From NCBI RefSeq assembly GCF_000009045.1, contig NC_000964.3:3360001-3392000 (forward strand): 32,000 nt of DNA, written 5' to 3'. Both the position numbers and the translations under genes were made by a program. The notes beneath the pieces were generated by a model, which saw only the letters and a list, made by a program, of their open reading frames with translations, was not told where the DNA came from and searched no databases. This DNA comes from Bacillus subtilis subsp. subtilis str. 168. Lineage in GTDB: Bacteria; Bacillota; Bacilli; Bacillales; Bacillaceae. This document shows, piece after piece, positions 1-8,838 of the stretch. The first letter of the stretch is position 1; every line of letters begins with the position of its first letter.

Positions 1-780
1 TTCTTGGCCAACAGTTTCGTCTTCAATGCCAAGTTCTTGTTTGATCCAGTCATAACCTTCTGCTTCAAGACGCTGTGCAAGCTCTGCACCGCCGGATTTT
101 ACAACGCGGCCTTGCATCATAACGTGAACAACATCCGGAGTGATGTAGTTTAACAGGCGCTGATAGTGAGTGATCATCAGGCAGCCGAAGTTTTCGCTGC
201 GCATTTTGTTGATCCCTTTTGATACAACTTTCAAAGCGTCAATATCAAGGCCTGAGTCAATTTCATCAAGGATGGCGATTTTCGGTTCAATCATCATTAA
301 TTGAAGGATTTCGTTGCGTTTTTTCTCCCCGCCTGAGAAGCCTTCGTTAAGATAGCGCTGAGCCATTTCAGGGTCCATTTCAAGGAACTCCATGTTTTCG
401 TCCATTTTGCGGATGAATTTCATGAGAGAAATTTCATCGCCTTCTTCTCTGCGCGCGTTGATTGCTGAGCGAAGGAAGTCGGCATTTGTCACACCGCTGA
501 TTTCACTTGGGTACTGCATTGCAAGGAATAAGCCTGCCTGCGCACGCTCGTCCACTTCCATCTCCAGTACATCTTTGCCGTCAAGCGTGATGCTGCCTTT
601 TGTTACTTCATATTTAGGATGCCCCATAATAGCAGCTGATAAAGTGGATTTACCAGTTCCGTTCGGGCCCATTACTGCGTGGAATTCTCCACCTTTTATT
701 TCAAGGTTTACACCCTTTAAGATCTCTTTCCCTTCGATTTCAACGTGAAGATCTTTGATCGTTAATGTTGAAGCAGCCAT
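1..780 (-). CDS. sufC: SufC, Fe-S cluster assembly ATPase (partial, C-terminal few residues outside window)
   Basis: Reverse strand reads MAASTLTIKDLHVEIEGKEILKGVNLEIKGGEFHAVMGPNGTGKSTLSAAIMGHPKY... with Walker A (GPNGTGKST) and signature FSGGEKKR; SD GGAGGTATAGAT upstream of the ATG at 780. Confidence 0.95.
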   Translation of the reverse strand, partial: MAASTLTIKDLHVEIEGKEILKGVNLEIKGGEFHAVMGPNGTGKSTLSAAIMGHPKYEVTKGSITLDGKDVLEMEVDERAQAGLFLAMQYPSEISGVTNADFLRSAINARREEGDEISLMKFIRKMDENMEFLEMDPEMAQRYLNEGFSGGEKKRNEILQLMMIEPKIAILDEIDSGLDIDALKVVSKGINKMRSENFGCLMITHYQRLLNYITPDVVHVMMQGRVVKSGGAELAQRLEAEGYDWIKQELGIEDETVGQE

Positions 781-924
781 ATCTATACCTCCAAAAATAT
801 ATAATCATTATTCTCATTTTATTCTCATTCTAATTTTATAACAAATGAAAAGTAAATACAACTTTTTATCGTGCCTTGCACATTCCTCAAGTTTAACAAA
901 GATCAGCACTTTATTAAAGCGATT

Positions 925-957
925 GAAAAAGAAAAAGAGTGGATTCCCACCCTTTTT
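925..957 (-). terminator. Probable intrinsic terminator between yurZ region and sufC
   Basis: Reverse strand AAAAGGGTGG-GAAT-CCACTCTTTT followed by TCTTTTTC (one G-U pair in stem). Confidence 0.6.
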
Positions 958-973
958 TAAAAGATTGATTTTC

Positions 974-1306
974 TCAATAAGCTCCCGCAGAAATCCGCTT
1001 GCTTTTTTCATAATCAAGCTCTCTCTGCCGCTCTACTTTCATTCTTGTTTCCAGCCGGCGTCCATATTCCTCGTATCCAATTCCGTGTGACAGCTGCATC
1101 GCTTTTTCCATTTCTGACGTATAATCGAGGTTCAGTCTGTCCTGGCTGCTGCAAATAATGAATCAATCCCTTCATATATTTGCTTTTTATTGTACCAGTG
1201 CTGCGTTGGATGCCGCAAAAACGATTTGGCGTGAAATAGCGGCAGATGAGACGAAAGCATCCTTTCAGAACAAATGAGAATGGTTTTTCGGAATATTCCT
1301 TCTCTT
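974..1306 (-). pseudogene. Candidate decayed gene: two short coding-like fragments in different frames
   Basis: Reverse strand ...RMLSSHLPLFHAKSFLRHPTQHWYNKKQIYEGIDSLFAAARTD* (stop at 1132), then in another frame DRLNLDYTSEMEKAMQLSHGIGYEEYGRRLETRMKVERQRELDYEKSKRISAGAY* (stop at 974). No intact ORF. Confidence 0.35.
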
Positions 1307-1682
1307 AATGCGTGGTGTTTCCGAATTCCTCAATGCACTGTTGAACGACTGTCACGCCTTGGCTGAAAGCTGCGCCGCCTCCAAATGCCGCTGCCACACT
1401 GACGGCTTCGAGAATGTTTTCTTCTGACGCTCCCTGATCAAGACAGCCTTTTGTATGATAGATCATGCAATATTCGTCCTGAGCATTGATGGCAATTCCG
1501 AGGGCGATCAGCTGTTTTTCTCTTTCAGTCAGAGAATTCCCGGCAAAGCACTGTTCAGTAAATTCGTTAAATTTTCTTCCCATCAGCGGCATCTTTTGTT
1601 CAAATGTGCCTAAACCATGTTTATATTGTTTTAACGCGTCCTGCATGCTTCCTCTGTCTTGATTCAAAGAAAATCCCTCCAT
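1305..1682 (-). CDS. yurZ: Carboxymuconolactone decarboxylase / AhpD-like family protein
   Basis: 125 aa; [52 protein letters not shown] resembles the CMD fold; position between sufC and metQ. Confidence 0.8.
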
Positions 1683-1729
1683 CTGTTTAACATTCCTTTT
1701 TATTATGAACAGCTTTTAGGAAAATACGC

Positions 1730-1757
1730 GAAAAAAACCCCGGAATTCTCATCCGGG
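1730..1757 (-). terminator. Intrinsic terminator downstream of metQ
   Basis: Reverse strand CCCCGG-ATGAGAATT-CCGGGG-TTTTTTTCG. Confidence 0.85.
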
Positions 1758-1766
1758 GTTTCAGTC

Positions 1767-2591
1767 TTATTCAGATACAGGAAGCACAGCTCCGTCGTAT
1801 TTTTTCTCGATGAAGTCTTTGATCTTTTTAGAGTGAAGAACTTCCATCAGCGCTTTGATTTTTGCAGAATCTTCTTCGCCTTTTCTTACTGCGATGATGT
1901 TAGCGTATGGGTTGTTTTTCGTTGATTCTACTTCAATTGCGTCTTTTTTAGGATTTAATTTATTTTGGATCGCATAGTTTACATTGATGAAGACCGCGTC
2001 TCCTTCTTTGTTTTCATATGCTTTTGCCGTTAATTCAGGCGCTACTTTTTTGAATTCAAGGTTTTTCGGGTTTTTCTTAATGTCTTTCAATGTTGCGTCA
2101 ACTGTTTCCACTTTAGAATCAAGAGTGATTAATCCAGCGTTTTCAAGCATTGCAAGCATACGGCCTTGTTCAGCAACGTTGTTTGTCAGAATGATTGTCG
2201 CACCGTCTGGAAGGTCTTTCAGTGATTTGTATGTTTTAGAGTAAATACCGAATGGCTCTAAGTGAACAGCGCCGGCATTCACAAGTTTGTAATCTGTGTT
2301 TTCTTTCATTTCTTGCTCAAGGTAAGGAATGTGCTGGAAGTAGTTCGCGTCCACTTCTTTATCAGCTAAAGCTTTATTGTACATTTTGTAATCACTAAGC
2401 ACTTTCACTTTCAGCGTATAGCCTTTTTCTTTCAGCAATGGTTCAGCTTCTTTTAAAATTTCCGCATGCGGTGTTTTTGTTGCCGCAACGACAATTTCTT
2501 TCTTGCCGGATTCAGCGCCGTTATTCGAACCGCAGGCAGCCATAACTCCTGCAAATACAAGCAGTAATGCACCCAAAAATAGCTTTTTCAA
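1767..2591 (-). CDS. metQ: Methionine ABC transporter substrate-binding lipoprotein
   Basis: 274 aa; lipobox region AGVMAAC; NlpA/MetQ-like (GSNNGAESGKKEIVVAATKTPHAEILKEAEPLLKEKGYTLKV). Confidence 0.93.
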   Translation of the reverse strand: MKKLFLGALLLVFAGVMAACGSNNGAESGKKEIVVAATKTPHAEILKEAEPLLKEKGYTLKVKVLSDYKMYNKALADKEVDANYFQHIPYLEQEMKENTDYKLVNAGAVHLEPFGIYSKTYKSLKDLPDGATIILTNNVAEQGRMLAMLENAGLITLDSKVETVDATLKDIKKNPKNLEFKKVAPELTAKAYENKEGDAVFINVNYAIQNKLNPKKDAIEVESTKNNPYANIIAVRKGEEDSAKIKALMEVLHSKKIKDFIEKKYDGAVLPVSE

Positions 2592-2604
2592 TGTAAATCC
2601 TCCC

Positions 2605-3273
2605 TTATCGTTTGTCTATAATATTTGTTATTAGATCACCGATGATTTGAATAATAAACACGATGATTAAAATAAACACAGTAGCAACGAAGGTAACATC
2701 AGCGTTATTAGACTGATATCCTTCTACGTACGCAAGGTTTCCAAGGCCTCCTGAACCAATGGCTCCGGCAATTGCCGTTGAACCGATTAAAGCGATGGCT
2801 GTAACCGTAATGCCAGAAATAAGAGCAGGCATTGATTCCGGAATCAGCACTTTGAAAATAATCGTAGACGTTTTCGCGCCCATTGATTTAGCTGCTTCAA
2901 TCACACCTTTATCCACCTCACGCAGCGCGATTTCAACAAGGCGCGCGTAAAATGGTGCCGAGCCGATTACCAGCGCCGGCAATGCGGCGTTTGGCCCTAA
3001 GATCGTGCCGACTAAAAATTTCGTAAAACCTAATAGTAAAATAATTAAAATAAGGAACGGAATCGATCTGAATATGTTAACAACGGCTGCAATCACTGAG
3101 TTGACCGCTTTATTCTGCCAGAGGCTTCCTTTGCTCGTCAGAAAGAGCAGCAAGCCGAGGATGACCCCGATGACAAAAGCAAACAGTAAAGAAATCAGCG
3201 TCATATAAAGTGTTTCATATGTCGCGTTCCATAATTCAGTTAAATCAACGTTCGGGAAGTATTTTTCAAACAT
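2605..3273 (-). CDS. metP: Methionine ABC transporter permease
   Basis: 222 aa integral membrane; MetI-type permease, in operon with ATPase and binding protein. Confidence 0.93.
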   Translation of the reverse strand: MFEKYFPNVDLTELWNATYETLYMTLISLLFAFVIGVILGLLLFLTSKGSLWQNKAVNSVIAAVVNIFRSIPFLILIILLLGFTKFLVGTILGPNAALPALVIGSAPFYARLVEIALREVDKGVIEAAKSMGAKTSTIIFKVLIPESMPALISGITVTAIALIGSTAIAGAIGSGGLGNLAYVEGYQSNNADVTFVATVFILIIVFIIQIIGDLITNIIDKR

Positions 3274-4291
3274 TCGTGATCACCTCTGCTTTCACCTGTT
3301 TGTCATTAATGAATCGGATCACGTTTTGCACTTCTTCCTCGTCCCCGTCAATGTGGATGAACAGTGAACCGTAAGCCCCATCCTTCGTCTGCGAAATTTT
3401 CCCTTGCAGAATATTGACGCTGACATTGAAGTTTCTGATCATCTCTGTAATCAGAGGCTGTTCAGCTGACTCACCGACAAATGTGAGCTGAACCATTTTT
3501 CCTGATGCTGTATCATCAAGAAGGTGCTGAAGCGTCTCTTTCGTTTCTTCCGGCTCTGTCACCTGTTGAACAAATCGTTTTGTCATTTGTTCCTTTGGAT
3601 TTTTGAAGACATCGAGAACCTCGCCTTCTTCGACCACCTTGCCGTTTTCCATGACGGCGACTCTGTTGCAGATTTTGCGTATGACATGCATTTCGTGCGT
3701 AATCAGCACAATCGTCAAACCGAGTCTTTCATTAATATCGGACAATAGATCCAGAATTGAATCTGTCGTTTGCGGATCTAATGCTGATGTCGCTTCGTCA
3801 CAAAGAAGAACCTTCGGATTGTTTGCAAGCGCTCTGGCAATTCCGACACGCTGCTTCTGACCGCCGCTCAGCTGGGACGGATAAGATTTTTCTTTTCCTT
3901 CTAAACCTACCAGTTTAATCAGTTCATTGGCGCGCTTGATCCGCTCGCTCTTTTTCACCCCGGCAATTTCTAAAGGAAACATGATATTATCTCTGACAGT
4001 CCGCGACCAAAGCAAATTGAAATGCTGGAAAATCATACTGATCTCATGGCGTGCTTTTCTTAAACCGCGTCCATTTACTTCATTAATCTTGGTTCCCGCC
4101 ACTTCCACGGTTCCTGAGGTTGGTTTCTCAAGGCCGTTCAGCAGACGGATTAAGGAACTCTTACCAGCTCCGCTATATCCTATAATTCCAAAAATCTCAC
4201 CTTTTTTAATGGAAAGCGAGACGTTTTGGACAGCATTGACATCTCCATGTTTCGACTTGTAAACTTTTGAAACATCCTGAAGATTGATCAA
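3266..4291 (-). CDS. metN: Methionine ABC transporter ATP-binding protein
   Basis: 341 aa from TTG start at 4291 (SD AGGTG): (M)INLQDVSKVYKSKHGDVNAVQNVSLSIKKGEIFGIIGYSGAGKSSLIRLLNGLEKP; LSGGQKQRV; C-terminal NIL/ACT-like domain. The track ORF to 4363 is an upstream extension. Confidence 0.93.
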   Translation of the reverse strand: MINLQDVSKVYKSKHGDVNAVQNVSLSIKKGEIFGIIGYSGAGKSSLIRLLNGLEKPTSGTVEVAGTKINEVNGRGLRKARHEISMIFQHFNLLWSRTVRDNIMFPLEIAGVKKSERIKRANELIKLVGLEGKEKSYPSQLSGGQKQRVGIARALANNPKVLLCDEATSALDPQTTDSILDLLSDINERLGLTIVLITHEMHVIRKICNRVAVMENGKVVEEGEVLDVFKNPKEQMTKRFVQQVTEPEETKETLQHLLDDTASGKMVQLTFVGESAEQPLITEMIRNFNVSVNILQGKISQTKDGAYGSLFIHIDGDEEEVQNVIRFINDKQVKAEVITNV

Positions 4292-4339
4292 AGCAATCAC
4301 CTGCCTTAACACTATTCTAAGAAATCTTCCGGTTTTTTC

Positions 4340-4381
4340 TGCAAAAGAAAAGCCTTTCTGCACACTTGAGCAGAAAGGCTT
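4340..4381 (-). terminator. Riboswitch-controlled intrinsic terminator of the metNPQ leader
   Basis: Reverse strand AAGCCTTTCTG-CTCAAGTGTG-CAGAAAGGCTT followed by TTCTTTT; an upstream GAGAGAAAGGC can pair with the terminator 5' arm as an antiterminator. Confidence 0.9.
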
Positions 4382-4383
4382 AT

Positions 4384-4503
4384 ATAAAATGCCTTTCTCT
4401 CATCTTTCAAAGCTGAACGCTTCGTGTGAATTGGCACCATTTCAACAGTGTTGATGGTTGCCGGGCTTCATAGGGCACTTCCCTCCACCTCTCTTGATAA
4501 GAG
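4384..4503 (-). promoter_or_regulatory. SAM-I (S-box) riboswitch aptamer upstream of metN
   Basis: Reverse strand CTCTTATCAAGAGAGGTGGAGGGAAGTGCCCTATGAAGCCCGGCAACC...GGTGCCAATTC...GATGAGAGAAAGGC matches the conserved S-box core. Confidence 0.95.
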
Positions 4504-4617
4504 AAATATATAGTCTTTTTCGTCCGGAAATTCTTAATGTAGAATAGCACGGCGAATGATTAAATGTCAATAAAATAAATGATGTCAACTTTTACTATTA
4601 TAATAATTTATTATTTT

Positions 4618-4962
4618 TTAATTTTTTAAAATCCTCTGAAAAAATCCATTTGTCAGCCAGAGAATGGCTTCCAGCTTTAACAGGGCCCTGAATGACCCCT
4701 TTACTTTGAGGCTTCCGCTCTGAATAAGGTGCTGAAGGGAAATGTCTCCGTGCAATAAATCAATAATTTCCGTTTGGTTTCCGTAAAAGGTCAGGTTGGA
4801 CGTTTGGGGCGGAGAAACTTTTTTCATTTCTCCCTGTTCGTTTATTGAGACGGTTAAGGCTTCTGCTTCTCCTTGGAAGGTAATGAGCAATGTTGAGGCA
4901 TTCAAAAGGGGTTTTAAAAACAGATGCTGATACTCATCTTCTAAAACTTCCGCTTTCTCCAT
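4618..4962 (-). CDS. yusD: Uncharacterized protein YusD (small sterol-carrier/SCP2-like lipid-binding appearance)
   Basis: 114 aa; good SD AGGAGGTTGTACAT-ATG; locus position. Confidence 0.7.
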   Translation of the reverse strand: MEKAEVLEDEYQHLFLKPLLNASTLLITFQGEAEALTVSINEQGEMKKVSPPQTSNLTFYGNQTEIIDLLHGDISLQHLIQSGSLKVKGSFRALLKLEAILWLTNGFFQRILKN

Positions 4963-5068
4963 ATGTACAACCTCCTATTTGTTGGTCATACATACACATT
5001 TCTCTCTTTGTCGCAAGAACCCCTTTATAAAACGAACGACAATTTCATTGGATATGCTGAGAAATATG

Positions 5069-5389
5069 TCATAAATGGGATGCGGAAGATGATTTTTGTT
5101 TGATCAGCTCATATAAATAAGAAACGGAATGAAATGCATATCCTCTTTCGACCATCTTTCCGCCTTTAAACAGCAGAAAACAAGGGACGCTTTCAATTTG
5201 ATACGCTTTTGCGAATGTCGGAGAGTAATTGACATTGTTTTGATAGAAGGCGACATCCGGCAGCATTTCTTTCACCACTGTCAGCATTTTGCTTGCAAGC
5301 TGGCAGGTGCCGCAAAACGGAGTATATAAATATAGAAGGTACACATCATCTTCAATGTGATCAAGTTCGTGTTCTTGGAGTTCTTTCAT
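5069..5389 (-). CDS. yusE: Thioredoxin-like protein
   Basis: 106 aa from MKELQEHELD; CxxC motif in YLYTPFCGTCQLASKML; SD CGAGGTG before ATG at 5389 (track ORF start 5434 likely too long). Confidence 0.85.
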   Translation of the reverse strand: MKELQEHELDHIEDDVYLLYLYTPFCGTCQLASKMLTVVKEMLPDVAFYQNNVNYSPTFAKAYQIESVPCFLLFKGGKMVERGYAFHSVSYLYELIKQKSSSASHL

Positions 5390-5390
5390 G

Positions 5391-5759
5391 CTATACACCT
5401 CGGGACTTTCTTTCAAGAAAAATAGTATGGACATTCAGATTCGCACGCAGCAATACAGAAGCGATATGGTGCCTGGGCGCAGCCGCTACTTCCTTATAGG
5501 CTCTGTCGACATGGAGATGGCAGGCTTCATTAAATTCACGCTTCAGCTGTTTTCTCAATTTCTCACCTGATTCATCAGCATCAACTAATATATAGACGTC
5601 TTTATCATAAAGCTCGTCAGCCAATTCCTCGAGCCTCAGCTGGCTGATTGTTCCGTTTGTGCAGATAATGCGCATCGGTTCATTCAGGACGCTTTCGATT
5701 TTCTCTTTATCTGATTTCCCCTCGACAATCATAACCTTTTCCAGCTCATCCATCTTCAT
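5391..5759 (-). CDS. yusF: TOPRIM-domain protein
   Basis: Toprim signature KVMIVEGKSDKEKI...YILVDADESGEKLR; SD CAGGTGAACAAG-ATG at 5759. The track start at 5837 overlaps yusG and adds an atypical N-terminus. Confidence 0.8.
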   Translation of the reverse strand: MKMDELEKVMIVEGKSDKEKIESVLNEPMRIICTNGTISQLRLEELADELYDKDVYILVDADESGEKLRKQLKREFNEACHLHVDRAYKEVAAAPRHHIASVLLRANLNVHTIFLERKSRGV

Positions 5760-5830
5760 CTTGTTCACCTGCCGCGTCAAATTTGAAATGTTCAGATTGT
5801 AAAAGAAGGCAGTGAAATTCACCGCCAACA

Positions 5831-6067
5831 TTAACACCAGCCGTTTTCGTAGTCACAATCTACATATTTTGCGTCGTCTCCAGAGACCACATCGGCTGTC
5901 TTATAAAATTTCTCATTTTCAAAGGAATAACCGGACTTAAGCTCATATTCATTCATGCTTGTCATTTGGCCGATCATCTCATTATCATGATATAACGAGA
6001 GCCGGCCATTTTGAAAGCGGCCTGTCACGTCATTGGTGACATCGAGCTTTTGTTTGTCGAAAGCCAT
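5831..6067 (-). CDS. yusG: Conserved small protein (DUF2553-like)
   Basis: 78 aa from MAFDKQKLDVTNDVTGRF; SD GGAGGTGTCCAAT-ATG at 6067. Confidence 0.8.
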   Translation of the reverse strand: MAFDKQKLDVTNDVTGRFQNGRLSLYHDNEMIGQMTSMNEYELKSGYSFENEKFYKTADVVSGDDAKYVDCDYENGWC

Positions 6068-6122
6068 ATTGGACACCTCCCATAACGTTAGCGTGTCCAA
6101 TTGCTTTTACGGCTATCCTGTT

Positions 6123-6506
6123 TTAGTCTTCTTGTGTCATCTCTTCGTATTGCTCTGCTGTCATCAGTTTTTCAATTTCAGAAGCGTCAGATGGCTCAAC
6201 GACGATCATCCATGCTTTTTCGTACGGAGATTCGTTGACGAATTCCGGACTGTCATCAAGATCTTCGTTTACTTCCACAACCGTTCCGTTAATCGGTGCA
6301 TAAAGCTCAGATACCGTTTTAACGGATTCAACACTGCCGAATGGCTCGTCCGCTTTGATTTCAGCGCCCACTTCAGGAAGTTCGACAAACACGATGTCGC
6401 CTAGTTCGGACTGGGCAAAATGCGTAATTCCGATTCTGGCTTTTTCTCCTTCAACTTTTACCCACTCGTGTTCTCCTGAGTAACGCAAATCTTTTGGTAT
6501 GCTCAA
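6123..6506 (-). CDS. gcvH: Glycine cleavage system H protein
   Basis: 127 aa from TTG start at 6506 (SD GGAGGG): (M)[46 protein letters not shown]; lipoyl lysine context [16 protein letters not shown]. Confidence 0.93.
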   Translation of the reverse strand: MSIPKDLRYSGEHEWVKVEGEKARIGITHFAQSELGDIVFVELPEVGAEIKADEPFGSVESVKTVSELYAPINGTVVEVNEDLDDSPEFVNESPYEKAWMIVVEPSDASEIEKLMTAEQYEEMTQED

Positions 6507-6572
6507 TTGAATCCCTCCATTTTTTACAGCACTACAATAAGAAGATACCACACTTTTCAAAAAAAATTTACA

Positions 6573-6929
6573 TTAAGCCCAGTTTTCTTCAAATTGGTCT
6601 TCTTTAAATCCGACAGTCACTTTTTCGCCGTCTGTTGTAAGCGGGCGTTTAATTAGCATACCATCTGAAGCCAGCAGTTCGAGCTGTTCGTCCTCTGACA
6701 TATGATACAGCTTTTCCTTGAGATTGAGCTCGCGGTATTTCATGCCGCTCGTGTTGAAAAATTTCTTGAGATCCAGCCCGCTTTTTTCATAAAGCGCTTT
6801 TAATTCTTCTTTGCTTGGCGGCTGCTCAGCAATATGTATTTCGTTTATTTCTTTCCCATGCTCTTCAAGCCACTTCTTTGCTTTGCGGCACGTTCCGCAT
6901 TTAGGGTACCAGTAAAAAGTTAACGACAT
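6573..6929 (-). CDS. yusI: ArsC/Spx-family reductase-like protein
   Basis: 118 aa from MSLTFYWYPKCGTCRKAKKWLEE, SD GGGGGAAG; ArsC-like LIKRPL motif. Confidence 0.87.
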   Translation of the reverse strand: MSLTFYWYPKCGTCRKAKKWLEEHGKEINEIHIAEQPPSKEELKALYEKSGLDLKKFFNTSGMKYRELNLKEKLYHMSEDEQLELLASDGMLIKRPLTTDGEKVTVGFKEDQFEENWA

Positions 6930-7039
6930 CTTCTTCCCCCTCAATAAAATAATCGAGGTTATTTTAACACAGTTTGTTTTAAAAACCTAAAACAGTGCTT
7001 CTTAAAAAAGAGCTCCGCGCATGCGGAGCTCATGGCCAA

Positions 7040-8824
7040 TCAGACAGTATATTTCTCAGCCTCAAAAATGCCTGCCGCCGCCTCGCGTTTTTTCTGAATC
7101 ACGTTTTTAGGCGTTACGCGTGTCAGCTTGCGCAGAGCGGAAAGCATCATGCGGAGTGAATCTCCTTCTTCCATTGCGATAAGGGATTCCTTTGCATGCG
7201 CTTCGATTTCGTTAAAGGCCTCTTGAACGAAAATTTCTGTGTACAGCACCTTTTGCGCTGCTTTTTCAGCGCCTTGTGCGGCAATGGCCTTTTCCGTTCT
7301 GAGCACGGCTGATTCCATTGCGTATACATTGCTGACGATATCCGCTACGTTCACGAGAATTTCTTGCTCACGATCGATCGCTTTTCCGTATTTTTGCGCG
7401 GCTAGGCCGGCAGCAAACAACGCAATTTTTTTGGCTTGCTTGACGATATATTTCTCCTGCTCTAAGACGCCGCTTCCAGGCTCTTCAGGCATAAGCATCA
7501 TGAGTTCTTCCTGCAGCGACTGCGCTTTTTCGAATAAAGGCAGCTCGCCTTTAAGCGCTTTTTTCAGGAAGGTGCTTGGCACGATTAACCGGTTGATTTC
7601 GTTTGTGCCTTCAAAAATCCGATTGATCCTTGAATCCCTATAGGCCCTTTCTACTTCGTATTCCTGCATAAAGCCGTAGCCTCCATGAATCTGCACGCCT
7701 TCATCAACGATATAATCAAGCGTTTCAGAGCCGAATACCTTATTCAGAGAGCATTCGATGGCGTATTCCGCAATCGATTTGGCGATTTGCCGGCCGTCCT
7801 TGAGATCTTCGGCCGTGAACTGGCTCATATTGTCTTCAAACAGCCCGACGGTTCTGTATACAGAGCTTTCCATCGCATACAGCCTTGAGGCCATTGTCCC
7901 GATTTTTTCCTGTGTCAATGAAAAACCAGCAATCGGCGTTTTAAATTGGCGGCGCTGATTTGCGTATGCCGCAGACAGCTCGATGACGCGTTTAGATGCG
8001 CCGATTGTGCCAACCGCCAGTTTGTAACGGCCGATGTTTAAAATATTAAAGGCGATGACATGCCCTTTGCCGATTTCTCCGAGCAGGTTTTCCTTTGGCA
8101 CTTCAGCTTGATCCAGAATGAGGGTTCTTGTCGATGATCCCTTGATTCCCATTTTCTTTTCTTCCGGTCCCGTGGAGACACCCGGGAACTCTTTTTCTAC
8201 AATAAAGGCTGAAAACTTGTCGCCGTCTACCTTAGCGTAAACTACAAATACATCGGCAAAAGCAGAGTTGGTAATCCACTGTTTTTCCCCTGTTAATACA
8301 TAATGGGTTCCTGCTTCATTCAGCACAGCTGTTGTTTTTGCTCCAAGTGCATCAGACCCAGAGCCAGGCTCAGTCAGAGCATAAGCGGCGATCTTTTCGC
8401 CTGAAGCGAGTCCAGGCAAATATTTTTTCTTTTGTTCTTCTGACCCGAAAAAGACGATCGGCAAGGAACCGATACCGACATGCGCGCCATAAGAAAGAGA
8501 AAAGCTTCCCGCACGCGAAAATTTCTCAGTGATGAGTGCCGAGCTGATTTTATCAAGGCCGAGCCCGCCGTATTCTTCCGGCACATCGGCGCCAAGCAGC
8601 CCTAGTTCGCCCGCTTTCTTCAACAGTCTGACAGAATGCTCGAATTGATGGTTTTCGATATCATCTATATGAGGGAGAACATCTTGCTCGATGTAATCCT
8701 CTGTTGTTTTCGCAATCATTTTATGCTCGTCAGTGAAATCCTCCGGTGTATACATTTGATCGTATGTGACATCCTCGATTAAAAATCCGCCGCCTTTTTG
8801 TACGTCAGCCGCTTTTTTTGCCAT
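7040..8824 (-). CDS. fadE: Acyl-CoA dehydrogenase (fatty acid beta-oxidation)
   Basis: 594 aa from MAKKAADVQKGGGF; ACAD motifs (YALTEPGSGSDA, GVQIHGGYGFMQEYEVERAYRDSRINRIFEGTNEI); SD GGGGG upstream. Confidence 0.94.
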   Translation of the reverse strand: MAKKAADVQKGGGFLIEDVTYDQMYTPEDFTDEHKMIAKTTEDYIEQDVLPHIDDIENHQFEHSVRLLKKAGELGLLGADVPEEYGGLGLDKISSALITEKFSRAGSFSLSYGAHVGIGSLPIVFFGSEEQKKKYLPGLASGEKIAAYALTEPGSGSDALGAKTTAVLNEAGTHYVLTGEKQWITNSAFADVFVVYAKVDGDKFSAFIVEKEFPGVSTGPEEKKMGIKGSSTRTLILDQAEVPKENLLGEIGKGHVIAFNILNIGRYKLAVGTIGASKRVIELSAAYANQRRQFKTPIAGFSLTQEKIGTMASRLYAMESSVYRTVGLFEDNMSQFTAEDLKDGRQIAKSIAEYAIECSLNKVFGSETLDYIVDEGVQIHGGYGFMQEYEVERAYRDSRINRIFEGTNEINRLIVPSTFLKKALKGELPLFEKAQSLQEELMMLMPEEPGSGVLEQEKYIVKQAKKIALFAAGLAAQKYGKAIDREQEILVNVADIVSNVYAMESAVLRTEKAIAAQGAEKAAQKVLYTEIFVQEAFNEIEAHAKESLIAMEEGDSLRMMLSALRKLTRVTPKNVIQKKREAAAGIFEAEKYTV

Positions 8825-8838
8825 TTGTTTTTCCCCCT

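Noticed and set aside
392-748. 118-aa plus-strand ORF
   Set aside because: Antisense within sufC, which is clearly coding on the other strand.
814-1017. 67-aa minus-strand ORF MIMKKASGFLRELIEKINLLKK...
   Set aside because: Runs through a probable terminator (925..957) into the sufC promoter region; no good SD. Considered only as possible debris of the decayed gene.
3927-4262. 111-aa plus-strand ORF
   Set aside because: Antisense of the metN Walker A region; shadow ORF.
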